This document shows positions 63,989-64,000 of a stretch of DNA of 64,000 nt, in pieces (the first letter of the stretch is position 1; each line of letters begins with the position of its first letter). This DNA comes from Harriotta raleighana (taxonomy: Eukaryota): the NCBI GenBank assembly GCA_050575255.1, contig JBNZDD010013605.1, positions 1,821,368 through 1,885,367 of the forward strand, written 5' to 3'. Position numbers and translations under genes: made by a program. Below the pieces are notes generated by a model. That model was not told the DNA's origin, did no database searches, and worked only from the letters and a program-made list of their open reading frames with translations.

Positions 63989-64000
63989 CATTATGGGATT

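Noticed and set aside
62069-64000. Search for ATIC exon 1 and promoter
   Set aside because: No CpG island or convincing ATG-plus-donor mini-exon; probably beyond the window

Overview
Vertebrate genomic DNA, most likely a cartilaginous fish. The elephant shark Callorhinchus is a plausible source, inferred from the Deu-domain/L2-tailed SINEs, protein divergence and single-N contig joins; this is not verified. Two convergent multi-exon genes fill the window. On the + strand is fibronectin 1 (FN1), exons 5-46 by human numbering (854-45746): type I, II and III modules, both alternative exons EDB and EDA, the RGD loop, an enlarged V/IIICS region and the CPIEC dimerisation tail. On the - strand is ATIC (purH), exons 2-5 and 8-16 (47152-62068); exons 6-7 probably lie in a 988-N gap and exon 1 was not found. 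Introns carry many tRNA-derived SINEs, CR1/L2 LINE fragments, a Tigger-like MITE and microsatellites. The best leads are: a candidate frame-preserving 24-nt FN1 microexon between EDA and III-12; a ~152-aa V region with no LDV/REDV and no V0-type acceptor; divergence of all alpha4-integrin motifs while RGD is intact; RBFOX elements after EDB; a possible truncated FN2-like read-through isoform; a miR-200 8mer; a GC-AG intron in ATIC; and only ~400 bp between the two genes' poly(A) signals. Many tandem duplications around single Ns are assembly artifacts. Comparisons with human sequences are from memory and need alignment.
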